The notes: generated by a model from the letters alone, not told the origin. A stretch of DNA of 64,000 bases from an uncultured Oscillospiraceae bacterium (GCA_964607155.1 CAZSIF010000007.1:21808-85807), one strand, 5' to 3'. Positions 43,751 to 53,624 are shown, counted from the first letter of the stretch. A program made the numbers and translations.

Positions 43751-44914
43751 CTACGCCTCGGTTATGCCCGTGATGCACGCTTGCGCCGACGGTCTGTGGC
43801 ACATCAGTTCCGCGTACTTGGCTATGGTTGCGGAATACACCGGTTTGCCCGCCATCTGACGAAGCACTCTACCATCGTCATCCTGCAACCAATCCCAATC
43901 GCAAAGCTGATACAGCTTGATATCCGGCGTGTGCAAAACGTACATTGTGCCGTCCGGACAGAAGCGGTCAGATACAAGCGGAATGCCGCCGTAAGTCAAC
44001 GCCTTGTGTCCGCTTGCCAAGGTTGCGTATTCCAAGTTGCAGCTATTGGACTGCAAGTAATTTATGTACGCACGCTTTACGCCTGCCGAGCAAACAATAA
44101 AGTCGGTTTCCGCGCCCGTCAAGTCCTCCACCGCGTCAATTGCCTTTTGGATTGCCGCGCCAGTGATATCCGTTGCGGTAAACTTGTTAGGTTTAAGCCA
44201 GCCGTAAGTCTTGCGCGATACACCGTAAATGCGCTCGCTGTTGCCAAAAACCAAGCCCAAGCCGCCAAGCTCCCTGTTGTAGCTGTTTTGCACGGTAACG
44301 TAGTGCCCTGCGGATACGGTCGAGCCAAGGCTTGCGCCATCGACGGTGATGGTTTTATCCGCTCTGTTGACCGCCGTTACGCGACGAGCCGTTACAACTG
44401 CCTTTTCCGAATCGTCATCGACGATATCCACAAGCATGCCTTCCATAATGTACTTTACGTTATCCACGGTGATTGTGTTGCCGCTAACGCTAACCACGTT
44501 TGCCACAACGCCGCTGCCGTCGCCGTAAAGCATTCTGCCAAAGTTGAAGCGCGCGCAGTCGATTAGGTTTTGCATTTCCGCTTCCAACAGGTTGACAACC
44601 GCCCCCTCGCGAGAGGAACTTGCACGCATTGCCTTATCGGATATTTCCAACGAGCCGTACAGGTTTTTTAGCGTTGCCGTGAGCTGAACGTAATCCTGAT
44701 TGGTCGCCACGGGCAGCTCGCCGTCTTCCGTGCCTGCGCCAAAGCCGCCGTTAACGCCGCTGAATACAGTTTTGCGCACTTCCTTGCCCCACACGTCGGA
44801 TGACGTTCGCTCCAACTTGGCAAGCAACGGGTTGACTTGCACATTCAACGAATGCGTAAGCGCGTCAAGATAATAAGTTTTCAAGGCTTTTTCAGCCGTA
44901 GTAAGTGTAATCAT
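43751..44914 (-). CDS. phage major capsid protein (HK97 fold)
   Basis: 387 aa from the ATG at 44914 (AAGGAG RBS); GTEDGELP, LYGDGSG, LTYGGIPLVSDRFCPDG, YAELMCHRPSA; follows portal and scaffold. Confidence 0.85.
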   Translation of the reverse strand: MITLTTAEKALKTYYLDALTHSLNVQVNPLLAKLERTSSDVWGKEVRKTVFSGVNGGFGAGTEDGELPVATNQDYVQLTATLKNLYGSLEISDKAMRASSSREGAVVNLLEAEMQNLIDCARFNFGRMLYGDGSGVVANVVSVSGNTITVDNVKYIMEGMLVDIVDDDSEKAVVTARRVTAVNRADKTITVDGASLGSTVSAGHYVTVQNSYNRELGGLGLVFGNSERIYGVSRKTYGWLKPNKFTATDITGAAIQKAIDAVEDLTGAETDFIVCSAGVKRAYINYLQSNSCNLEYATLASGHKALTYGGIPLVSDRFCPDGTMYVLHTPDIKLYQLCDWDWLQDDDGRVLRQMAGKPVYSATIAKYAELMCHRPSAQACITGITEA

Positions 44915-45070
44915 CAAAATCTCCTTTTTAATTATATTTGCCACCCTTTTGGCGGCATAAAGCGAAACGCACAAATGGTTTCGCCGCAAACATTGCATAC
45001 GCTTACCGCCAATGCAATATCGCAAAGACGGCAAGAGCAACAACGTTAAGTGAGTGGGTTTTTGCAAACT

Positions 45071-46012
45071 CTACTCAAAAAGTTTTTTTGCCAACGCCGA
45101 CGCCTCTTTGATAGTCTTGGGGCGGTTTGGCGCGGCAAGTTGAAAGTTACCTCCGCCCGTCATCACGACAGGCACGCTTGCCGACGACTTGGCTAACAAC
45201 TCGGCAATGAATTGCGGATTTTGCTCCACAAACTGCCTGATTGCCGCCTGCATCGTCGCACTCGTTGATACAACGCCGTTCGATTTTTCGTCGGGGACTG
45301 CAACGGCGGCAGCTTCCCGGGAAGCGGTATCATCGGCAGACGGTGGCGACATCTCGCTTGTACCGTCCTTTTTATACTCGGCGGCGTTGCTAATAGCATT
45401 ATCGCACTGGGTGACATTATTGACATCGTTGTCATATTTGGGGACATCGCTAACGCCTTCCACGTCGCCGCTGTTTGCGACATCGGCAACCGCATTGACT
45501 TGCGCAATATCACTGTTAGCTTGCGCAACGTCATTATTATAGCTGTTTTGGATATTTGTGCTTTGAATTTCGCCAAAATCAGCTCGGTTTGTTTTTGCTG
45601 CACTATCGACTTGATTTACTTGCTCGATACATTCGTGGCTTTTATCTTTATTGCCAACTGCGACGTTATCGCTCCCGTCGGCAGCAGCAACCGACGGATT
45701 TACCGCCACGCCGTCCACAGGGTGATTATCGTCCATCCACCAAGGCAAATCGTAGTCATCGTCCGCCATATCGTCCGCAAAAATATTTGCAACATTATCC
45801 GCAACATCGTTCGCAACGTCCTTTGCCGTTTTCGCCGCACCGCTTGATTTGTTTGTCTTTCCGCACGCTTCGCCGCCGCTCGGTTGCGTTTGTGCTTGCG
45901 CTATTTTTGCTTTCAGCTCGGCAAGCTGTTGGCACTTTTGGGTGAACGCGCGTTCAAGGTGCGCATAGGCGTTTTGCAGTTCCGCAACGGAATTAAATTT
46001 GCCGTACTTCAT
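45071..46012 (-). CDS. putative capsid scaffolding protein
   Basis: GKFNSVAELQNAYAHLERAFT N-terminus, acidic low-complexity middle, PKTIKEA C-terminus; lies between portal and capsid. Confidence 0.65.
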   Translation of the reverse strand: MKYGKFNSVAELQNAYAHLERAFTQKCQQLAELKAKIAQAQTQPSGGEACGKTNKSSGAAKTAKDVANDVADNVANIFADDMADDDYDLPWWMDDNHPVDGVAVNPSVAAADGSDNVAVGNKDKSHECIEQVNQVDSAAKTNRADFGEIQSTNIQNSYNNDVAQANSDIAQVNAVADVANSGDVEGVSDVPKYDNDVNNVTQCDNAISNAAEYKKDGTSEMSPPSADDTASREAAAVAVPDEKSNGVVSTSATMQAAIRQFVEQNPQFIAELLAKSSASVPVVMTGGGNFQLAAPNRPKTIKEASALAKKLFE

Positions 46013-47832
46013 TGATTAGCCTCCTCCGCGGCTTGGCGTTTGAGCATTTGCTTGTGCTGCGCAATGTGTTTTAGCAGTCGGTCGCGATAATCGCCGCCAA
46101 ATTTGCTATCTTGATTGGATATGATAAACCGTGTGTGCTCCTCGATGTGCAGTGCGTGGTCGTCCACTTCCAACAGCTCGGCATTGGCAACGTCGATATT
46201 TTCCTTTTCCGCGCGTGCGATGTGCAGTTGCGCCACGTCCTGAGCGTTTTCCCAGTTGCCAAAGCCCATCAGCGACAGTATTTTTGCCTTGGCGGATACC
46301 GAAAGATTTCCGTCCTTATCCGTCAATATGCCGGCGTTAAGTAGGTCGAACAGCATTGTGCGACGGGTTGCAGGGGTATCGGTAAGCTCGTTTTCCGTTT
46401 CAAACACCACGTCGTCGCTGCCGATATCGCTACCGGTAAAATAGAAAATTTCCGCAGAGCTTTGCCCATCGGTATAGCGCATAAGTCGAGCCGTGGCAAC
46501 AAACTGCTTGTACAGCCGCAACACCATTTTTGCAATGGCTTTGATGGAAAACTTTACGCTGTCGATACTGCTTGCAAGGCGGATATCGTCCTGCTCGGCA
46601 ATGAGCTGCAACGCAACGCCGCTTGTAACGGTTGTGGGCGTTGTGCTGTTTCGGGCAAATTCCGATACGCCGGATACGGTAACGAACTCTTGCAGCAGCC
46701 TATCTTCCTCGTCGCCAAAGTCGCTTGGCACGCTGCCGTTTTCCATAAGGCTTGGCTTTACTGCGCCTTGACGATACACCAGTATCTTGCCGGGGGAAAG
46801 CCCGTCCTCTTCAAGGTCGGCAGTATCCACCGAGCCGTCCTCTACGGCAAGCACGCCCATGGAAAGCCTGTTAAGGAACTCGTGCTTGCGGTTTTTGACT
46901 GCGTTGTAGGCACGCTGCACAGGAATGATACGCTCCACAATGCTTGCGCCCCAAAAGCAACCGGCTTGCTCCGTGGATGTTTGGCGCACAAAGGGGAAAT
47001 CTCGCACGCCGTCTTCGCCCACGCAATAGGGCAAATCGCCCTCGTACACAAGCTTGTCGCCGATGACAATTTCCAGCCTGCCGTTGGGGTGCTCGGCATT
47101 TGGGCGAGTGTACCGCTCGATGACCAAAGCTTGGTCGGTTTTGGCTTCCTGCGTGATGCTTGGCACGGTGGAATTGTAGCCCGAACCGCCGCTTACGGGT
47201 TGACCGTCCACGGCAAACACCTTGATGGTTTCGCCCTCAATATCCACGCCCCACTTGGCTTTAACTTCGCTTATCGGATACACCCTTGCGTGGATAAGGG
47301 AGTTGCAATCGGCAAGCCCGTTGCACACGTTGGAATCGGGGTAGATTTCAAAGGGGGAGCAAACGCTTACAACCACATCGTCTTTGCCGTTAACCTTGCC
47401 CCAACTGACTTTGTAAAAGGACGTGCCGCACACCTCGCTCCAACCGCTTGCTTGCGTGATGATTTCGTCCAGACGAGCCTTTTCACGCACGCTATCCAAA
47501 ATTTTGGTGGCAAGCTTGGCGGAGCTGACGTCGGCGTCGGTGTTGGAAAAGGGGCGCGCAATGGGGCGTGGTCGCACACGGTTCAAGCGCGATAGCCTTG
47601 TTTCCACTATGGGCGCAATGTGATTGAACACCTGCCTTTCCTGCCAAAAATAGTACTTATCCTCTTGCGTGATGTTGCCTTTTGCGTCAATGCCGCAATA
47701 CTGGTTGCCCATCACAAAATTCATATTAAGTTGCCAAGCCAGCTCGTACGGACGGCGATTTTTTTGCCGCGCCACAAGGTCTTCGCGAACGGCTTTAACA
47801 ACCTCTTGCGCATGTTTATTTTGTTCTGTCAT
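46009..47832 (-). CDS. phage portal protein (P22/podovirus-like)
   Basis: 607 aa; FVMGNQY, FNHIAPIVE, SPFEIYPD, FWGASIVERIIPVQRAYN, TSGVALQL; position between terminase and scaffold. Confidence 0.82.
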   Translation of the reverse strand: MTEQNKHAQEVVKAVREDLVARQKNRRPYELAWQLNMNFVMGNQYCGIDAKGNITQEDKYYFWQERQVFNHIAPIVETRLSRLNRVRPRPIARPFSNTDADVSSAKLATKILDSVREKARLDEIITQASGWSEVCGTSFYKVSWGKVNGKDDVVVSVCSPFEIYPDSNVCNGLADCNSLIHARVYPISEVKAKWGVDIEGETIKVFAVDGQPVSGGSGYNSTVPSITQEAKTDQALVIERYTRPNAEHPNGRLEIVIGDKLVYEGDLPYCVGEDGVRDFPFVRQTSTEQAGCFWGASIVERIIPVQRAYNAVKNRKHEFLNRLSMGVLAVEDGSVDTADLEEDGLSPGKILVYRQGAVKPSLMENGSVPSDFGDEEDRLLQEFVTVSGVSEFARNSTTPTTVTSGVALQLIAEQDDIRLASSIDSVKFSIKAIAKMVLRLYKQFVATARLMRYTDGQSSAEIFYFTGSDIGSDDVVFETENELTDTPATRRTMLFDLLNAGILTDKDGNLSVSAKAKILSLMGFGNWENAQDVAQLHIARAEKENIDVANAELLEVDDHALHIEEHTRFIISNQDSKFGGDYRDRLLKHIAQHKQMLKRQAAEEANQ

Positions 47833-48021
47833 TGATTTCTCCTTTTTGTTTTTTTGGGGGGGGATGTGTATGACTGCCGCACCGCCTAATTGTTCCCAAG
47901 CCTGCCTTGTGTATGCACCGCCGCCCCTAATGTCATTTATGTTTTCCGTCTACGACGTTCACAACACTGTTGTTTATATTTATATAAATCTATTTTTTTT
48001 GTCGCCACCAACCGCCCCAAA

Positions 48022-48538
48022 TGTCATTCTGAGCGGAGCGCAGCGAAGTCGAACTGCGTAGCAGTGCGAGGCGTGAGCCGAAGCAGAATCTAAGGGGCGG
48101 CACAAGCATAATACGTTAAGCATAAGGAATAGATCCCGATGCTTGCGCATCGCCCTACGGGTTCGACTACGGGCATTCGCCCTCCGCTCAGGATGACACT
48201 GGATTTGAAGTCTTGTCTATTGATATGCGGCGGCAGCAAGCCACCGCCCTACGGATTCTGTATCACACGTCCATTCAACCAACTGCAATGTTTTTTTTGC
48301 AAAAACCTCGTTCGGTAAAACGCAAAATCGCGCCAATTTTGACCATTTTTTAATCAAAATCGTTATTATGTCTGATATAGTATTATGCGAAATGTCGGTT
48401 TTTCAAAGTAATTTTGCATAATTGCTGTCAATCTAACGATTGTGTAATTGTAGGTCGGGGACTTGCTCACGCCGCACCGTTCCAAAGCCTTCCTTGTGTA
48501 AAGGAAGGTGGCACGACTTGTCGTGACGGAAGGATTGT
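48022..48538. repeat. composite repeat cluster (A-B-D, D-like, C) between TerS-like and portal genes
   Basis: same modules. Confidence 0.9.
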
Positions 48539-48600
48539 TAAATTAAACCTATCCATATGTTTCTGTGTCATTTCGGGAAAAGCCCCCCACCGCAAAATGG

Positions 48601-48927
48601 CTACTCGTCATTGGCGTCATCTTGCGGCGCTTGGGCAACGTTTGTGTCGTCGCAAATTTTTAGCAACCTGATTAGCCGCAGCTTTTCCACTTGCAATTGT
48701 TCGTCCGTCATATCCGCCACCGCCACTTGCCCGTCGGATAGCTCCAACAACGCCTTTACCGCCGCCACATCCGGCAGAATGTGCTTTGTGGCTATCTTGC
48801 GTTTTACCAGCTTAACGTCGCCATCGATAACGGCATACTCCTCGGTTTTTTCCTTGTAGGTAAACCCCTTTGCCTTTTTAAGCAAAATATCTGTTAATAC
48901 TTTTTTGTAATCTTTCACTTTGTTCAT
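48601..48927 (-). CDS. putative terminase small subunit
   Basis: LLKKAKGFTYKE...KHILPDVAAVKALL resembles the oligomerisation segment of Firmicute phage TerS-like proteins. Confidence 0.55.
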   Translation of the reverse strand: MNKVKDYKKVLTDILLKKAKGFTYKEKTEEYAVIDGDVKLVKRKIATKHILPDVAAVKALLELSDGQVAVADMTDEQLQVEKLRLIRLLKICDDTNVAQAPQDDANDE

Positions 48928-49015
48928 ATCTCACCTTTTTTCGCAATCATCACCGCCGATTTTTTTGTACGCCAAGTGCGCAATGCATATCCCAATGCTT
49001 ACGCACCGCCCCAAA

Positions 49016-49092
49016 TGTCATTCTGAGCGGAGCGCAGCGAAGTCGAACTGCGTAGCAGTGCGAGGGTGCAACCCGAAGCGGAATCTAAGGGG
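49016..49092 (+). repeat. repeat module A between TerL and TerS-like genes
   Basis: TGTCATTCTGAGCGGAGCGCAGCG...GAATCTAAGGGG. Confidence 0.9.
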
Positions 49093-49120
49093 CGGTACAA
49101 GCACAATTCCGCTATTCAAA

Positions 49121-50554
49121 TCAAACGCATCTATTGCTTTTTTGTTGAATTTTATATCGTTTTATTCGCCTTTCAATATCACTTTGCACCAGCGTTTTGG
49201 GGCGTTCCGGCACGTCCGCCGTGAGCGAACAAATATAGTACCGCAACTCGTCCATTGCGTGGTCGTCCTTTTTGACGGGCGTTTCGCCATCGCCCCAGCA
49301 ATAGCCTTTAATTTCCCTAATCATATTTACGCAGTTGGAAAATATGTACAACGTCGGCTTTCCGTCAAGCGGTTGAAGCCTCGCCTTGACCTTGTTTATG
49401 CCGGCGTACACGCTTTTGTTAACCCTTGTGTTGACGGCAATTCCGTTATCGGCAAACAGCTCCGCAACGCTTTTTTCGCTACTCAACGTGCGTTGGTTTG
49501 CCGCCGAATCCATCAGCGCGGTCAGTCCGCCGTATCTGTTGCGTTGCCAACCAAGCCTATCGGAAATTTCCTTGATTTTTGCCGCATGATACGCCACATC
49601 GCGCTTGGCTTCGTAATGCTCCGCCACAACGTACACGTTGCCGTCGTAGTCCCTTGCGTACCAATGGCAGGATAGCGGATTGTTAAGCCCCGGGTCGATA
49701 CTCAACTTATCTTGCCACTCCGTTGGAACGTTAAACGGCTCGATAACGTGCACCGACGGGTTAAACTCCGAATACACCAAGCCGTTGCCAAAGGTAAACC
49801 GACCGTATCTGCGGCTATCCAGCGCGTCGGCGGACATGGCGGCAGATAGCTCGGCAATCTCCTTGGCGGATAGATAGGGGTTATCCGCCCACTCCATAAA
49901 CTCACACCACACCTCGTCCGAGCGGCTTTTGTTAAGATAAATTTCGTCGTACACCCACGTTTTGCCCCTAAGGGGCGTCATCGTGCCAAAAATGTGCCCT
50001 GCCCTATCCAGCACACGCATGCGGCACTCCTCGTAGATATCAAAGGGCGGCTCTTCGTCGAACCACACAAAATCAAGGCTTGCGCCCTGAAACTTATCCC
50101 GCCCCGCCTCGCAGCTTTTGAACCCGATTTTGGACGTGCCGCCAAAAACGTTTTTGACGATTATGTAGTCGATAACTCCGTATTGCGGAGCGTCCTTGCT
50201 GCCCTGCGACATCACGATTTTTTCTATCCAACGCTTGTCCAGATAGCGCAAGATTTTCTGTTGCGAAACATCACGCTGCACCTGTTGCGATAGGGAAACA
50301 ACCCAGCACTGCACGTCGTCCTTGTTGCAACGGTATGGATGTATGCCGCGTGCCAGCCAGACTGTTTCCACCGCGCCGCACTCCGTTTTGCCGCTTCGGT
50401 TGCCGCCAAACACCCACCGATTGCGTTTTGGGCACTTGTGGAACGCCATCTGCTTGACGTGCACTTTGCCCTTGTTGTACCTTGCAAGCGGACTGCTTTT
50501 GCGCCGCTGTTGCTCGTTTTCGATTATCTTTATTTGTTGCAAAATTTCCTTCAT
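49121..50554 (-). CDS. phage terminase large subunit
   Basis: Walker A GGNRSGKTE, Walker B VWFDEEP, coupling motif TMTP, nuclease SIDPG and DDHAMDELRY. Confidence 0.93.
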   Translation of the reverse strand: MKEILQQIKIIENEQQRRKSSPLARYNKGKVHVKQMAFHKCPKRNRWVFGGNRSGKTECGAVETVWLARGIHPYRCNKDDVQCWVVSLSQQVQRDVSQQKILRYLDKRWIEKIVMSQGSKDAPQYGVIDYIIVKNVFGGTSKIGFKSCEAGRDKFQGASLDFVWFDEEPPFDIYEECRMRVLDRAGHIFGTMTPLRGKTWVYDEIYLNKSRSDEVWCEFMEWADNPYLSAKEIAELSAAMSADALDSRRYGRFTFGNGLVYSEFNPSVHVIEPFNVPTEWQDKLSIDPGLNNPLSCHWYARDYDGNVYVVAEHYEAKRDVAYHAAKIKEISDRLGWQRNRYGGLTALMDSAANQRTLSSEKSVAELFADNGIAVNTRVNKSVYAGINKVKARLQPLDGKPTLYIFSNCVNMIREIKGYCWGDGETPVKKDDHAMDELRYYICSLTADVPERPKTLVQSDIERRIKRYKIQQKSNRCV

Positions 50555-50693
50555 TAAAAATCTCCAAAATTGTACGCCTTACGGCACGATACGGCAAAAA
50601 CCTTTGCTTGCGCTGATTTACAATAGGGGCGGTTGGTGTGGGTGGGGCGGAATATCACTTGCCTCAACCGTATCTTTATGGATTATCCATATT

Positions 50694-51145
50694 AAGCCTC
50701 CCTTGTGTAAAGGGAGGTGGCACGAAACGTGACGGAAGGATTGTTCCAATTAAACACATCCATATAACTTCAAGCAAACCACACCGTCCGCCCCTAATGT
50801 CATTCTGAACCATAGTCTGTAACAATAGAAACGATGTTATCTATCTTTTTATACCAATTAACATTGCGTTTGCACCGCCGCCCCTAATGTCATTCTGAGC
50901 GGAGCGCAGCGAAGTCGAACTGCGTAGCAGTGCGAGGCGGAAGCCGAAGCAGAATCTAAGGGGGGGGCGATACAGATTGATATCGAATGCATTTGTGCAA
51001 CTAAACGTCCTTGCGGAAATATATAGCAGATCCCGATGCTACCGCATCGCCCTACGGGTTCGACTACGGGCTTTGCCCTCCGCTCAGGATGACACAGGGT
51101 TTGTCTTGTCTATTGATATGCGGCGTGAGCAAGCCACCGCCCTAC
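50694..51145. repeat. composite repeat cluster (C, A-B-D)
   Basis: same modules. Confidence 0.9.
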
Positions 51146-51222
51146 GAAATGCGTAAGACTTTTTGCCACACGTCCCCTATACATTTGGGGCGAAACCAAC
51201 TCACAACCACCACGAGGCGTTT

Positions 51223-52092
51223 ATGAAAAAACTTGCTTTAATCATATTATTATTAATCACACTCACCACAACCCCTGCACCTTGCCTATCACAAAGCCCT
51301 ACCGCCGCCCCAATCGCATGTACCGAACCTTGCTTATTATCAAGCAACACAGCCGCATACACTTCGATAACGAGCCGCCTCAATCGCACAACCCCCCTTA
51401 CGGCTTACGCCCAAACAACCGTGCAGTGGGTGCGTGTGGTTGACGACGACGTTTGTCTGTACGCCACCGACGACAGCGCAAAAATAATTTGCCTGTTGGA
51501 AAAATCCTACTATCTTTCGGTGCTAAGCGAGGGCGACAAAATGTATCTGGTTGCCGTGATGGGCGAGCAAACCGACTTTCCGCAAATCAGCGGATACGTT
51601 TGGAAAACCGCCGTCGAGCCATGCGACAAAACGCCCGTTGCGCCACTGTACCCCACCGTCAAACTGGTTGTGTGCGACGACTCCGCGTCCGTCAAGCTTT
51701 CGCCGGTGCCCTCGGCAGAAACGCTTATTGTTGCCACCAACACGCAACAGGTAAGCTACTACGGCAAGATAGTTTCGTACAACCGCGAGTGGTACTACAT
51801 CTACTACGCAGGGCGGTTCGGATACGTTTTGGCAGATAGCGTAACGCAACCGCAAATCACGCTGCACCCGACGCCGATAAAAACCGAAGTCGAGGTGATT
51901 GCGCCCGTGTTGCCATCCGATAGCGCAAACACGGACGAGCCAAGTGCCGATACGAACACTGCCGTCGAGGGCGGCTCGGCAATGGAGATTGCGCTGATTG
52001 TGTTTATCGTGCTGCTTGCGGCAGGCTTAACGTTGGCAGTGTTTTTGCCGGGGAACGTCAAAAAGAATAACGTTTTCGACCAAGATATTTAG
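51223..52092 (+). CDS. secreted, membrane-anchored protein with SH3-like domains
   Basis: signal peptide, ISGYVW and WYYIYYAGRFGYV SH3b-like ends, C-terminal TM helix. Confidence 0.65.
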   Translation: MKKLALIILLLITLTTTPAPCLSQSPTAAPIACTEPCLLSSNTAAYTSITSRLNRTTPLTAYAQTTVQWVRVVDDDVCLYATDDSAKIICLLEKSYYLSVLSEGDKMYLVAVMGEQTDFPQISGYVWKTAVEPCDKTPVAPLYPTVKLVVCDDSASVKLSPVPSAETLIVATNTQQVSYYGKIVSYNREWYYIYYAGRFGYVLADSVTQPQITLHPTPIKTEVEVIAPVLPSDSANTDEPSADTNTAVEGGSAMEIALIVFIVLLAAGLTLAVFLPGNVKKNNVFDQDI

Positions 52093-52264
52093 GTGAAGAG
52101 ATTGGCAACCGACCGACGAAACCATTAACGACGCTGACTAAGTAAAAGCATTTATTAAACGGCTCGATAGAAACATTGCGTTACCCATTGGATAACTTGC
52201 AAAATAAATAGCTGCAAATAACTGCTTGCAAACAACCTTTTCGACCAAGATATTTAGGCAAAAC

Positions 52265-53115
52265 GAACAACTCAATTAGTCGTTACCTACTTGTTGATAA
52301 CTACAGCAATCCCTTTCATCAACTCTATTAGTCGTTATTGCAACCATATTCCTGTGTCATCCTGAGCGTAGGGCGTAGCCCGTAGTCGAACCCGTCAGGG
52401 CGATGCGCCAGCATCGGGATCTATCTCATATACTGCCACCAATTCATTCAATTGCACAGTCACATTTACAGTGTCATCCTGAGCGTAGGGCAAAGCCCGT
52501 AGTCGAACCCGTAGGGCGATGCGCCAGCATCGGGATCTACTTTTTATACTTAATTGTATTATCCTTGCACCGCCCCTTAGATTCTGCTTCGGGTTATACC
52601 CTCGCACTGCTACGCAGTTCGACTTCGCTACGCTCCGCTCAGAATGACATTGGGGCGAAACATCACTTGCTCCACCGTACATTCAGCTAATCAACTCAAT
52701 TAGTAATTTACTAATCAACTCTATTAGCCGTTCCACTACTTGTTGATAACTTTCAAAACTTCTGCCATCAACTCAATTAGTCGTGGTAGCCTATCAACCC
52801 AATTAGTCTTTCTTTCAAGAATATCCTTATAGTTTGTTGATATCCAATCCATCAACTCAATTAATCATTCCCATACTTGTTGATAACTTTCAATCTTATT
52901 TTTACCAACTCAATTAGTCGTTCCACTACTTGTTGATAACTTTCAAAACTTCTGCCATCAACTCAATTAGTCGTGGTAGCCTATCAACCCAATTAGTCTT
53001 TCTTTCAAGAATATCCTTATAGTTTGTTGATATCCAATCAATCAACTCAATTAGTCATTCCCCTAAATTGTTGATAACTATCAAAGTCATTCTTACCTAA
53101 TTGTTGATAACTTTC
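52265..53115. repeat. AT-rich iteron-like array (about 11 CAACTCAATTAG-type and 6-8 TGTTGATAAC-type motifs) including a 190-bp tandem duplication
   Basis: motifs counted by eye; 52731-52890 repeated at 52921-53080. Confidence 0.85.
52355..52650 (-). repeat. composite repeat cluster (A-B-B) inserted into the iteron-like array
   Basis: same modules; array motifs occur on both sides. Confidence 0.9.
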
Positions 53116-53183
53116 TTAATCACATCTACCAATAATAGTAAAAAACCGCTCAATCAACCCCCATAGCCCCCATAGCCCCCTTG

Positions 53184-53624
53184 TTAGCTAACTGCACAAT
53201 TGGCAATAGCTTTCAACTCGGCAAAATTCTCGTCGAACCACCGGCGTGTGTATCCTAACCGACACAGCCCTTGCCCGAAACTGTTGACCGCCAACTTATG
53301 CTTGCGATACACCACACACAACGGCACGTTGTACTGTTGAGCAAGTTGTTTACAAGTATTGTTTTTTGCGTATATGCTCCTAATCAACTCTCGGTACTGT
53401 ACAGGCATTTCGTCAAGCGACCTACGCACTGCGCTGAACGCACCCAACAACAAATCGCGTTCCACTCGGCTGACGGATATCTCGCATACCTGTCCCAAAG
53501 TTCCATCACGTTTGGTTTCCGCAGAAAAGGACTTCAACGCAAGTTGCCTTATCTGTTCGTTTAGCTTATCGGCTGCCTTTTTCCACTTAACAGCAGACTT
53601 TAATAGTTGCAATTCGTAGCGCAC
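53184..53624 (-). CDS. RinA/ArpU-like (sigma-70 region 4-like HTH) transcriptional regulator
   Basis: 146 aa; LDEMPVQYRELIRSIY...TCKQLAQQYNVPLCVVYRKHKLAV C-terminal HTH; GGAGGTG RBS before a GTG start. Confidence 0.62.
   Translation of the reverse strand: MRYELQLLKSAVKWKKAADKLNEQIRQLALKSFSAETKRDGTLGQVCEISVSRVERDLLLGAFSAVRRSLDEMPVQYRELIRSIYAKNNTCKQLAQQYNVPLCVVYRKHKLAVNSFGQGLCRLGYTRRWFDENFAELKAIANCAVS

Larger units (their letters stand above)
39896..50554 (-). mobile_element. podovirus/P22-like DNA packaging and virion gene cluster (domesticated prophage, candidate gene transfer agent)
   Basis: co-oriented TerL, TerS-like, portal, scaffold, major capsid, small ORF, adaptor, nozzle-like and coiled-coil genes; no integrase, repressor, replication or lysis genes. 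Confidence 0.85.

Noticed and set aside
43751-44914. Encapsulin or other protein nanocompartment
   Set aside because: Accompanied by a portal and an intact terminase, which indicates DNA packaging
44915-45067. Longer N-terminus of the capsid ORF (also upstream extensions of the ORFs ending at 19382, 56856 and 60222 and starting at 30913 and 51163)
   Set aside because: Better RBS plus ATG starts lie downstream and match family N-termini
52265-53115. Chromosomal oriC
   Set aside because: No dnaA/dnaN/gidA context, no perfect TTATCCACA box, and intergenic DNA looks A/C-rich on the plus strand on both sides (no evident skew switch; judged by eye)
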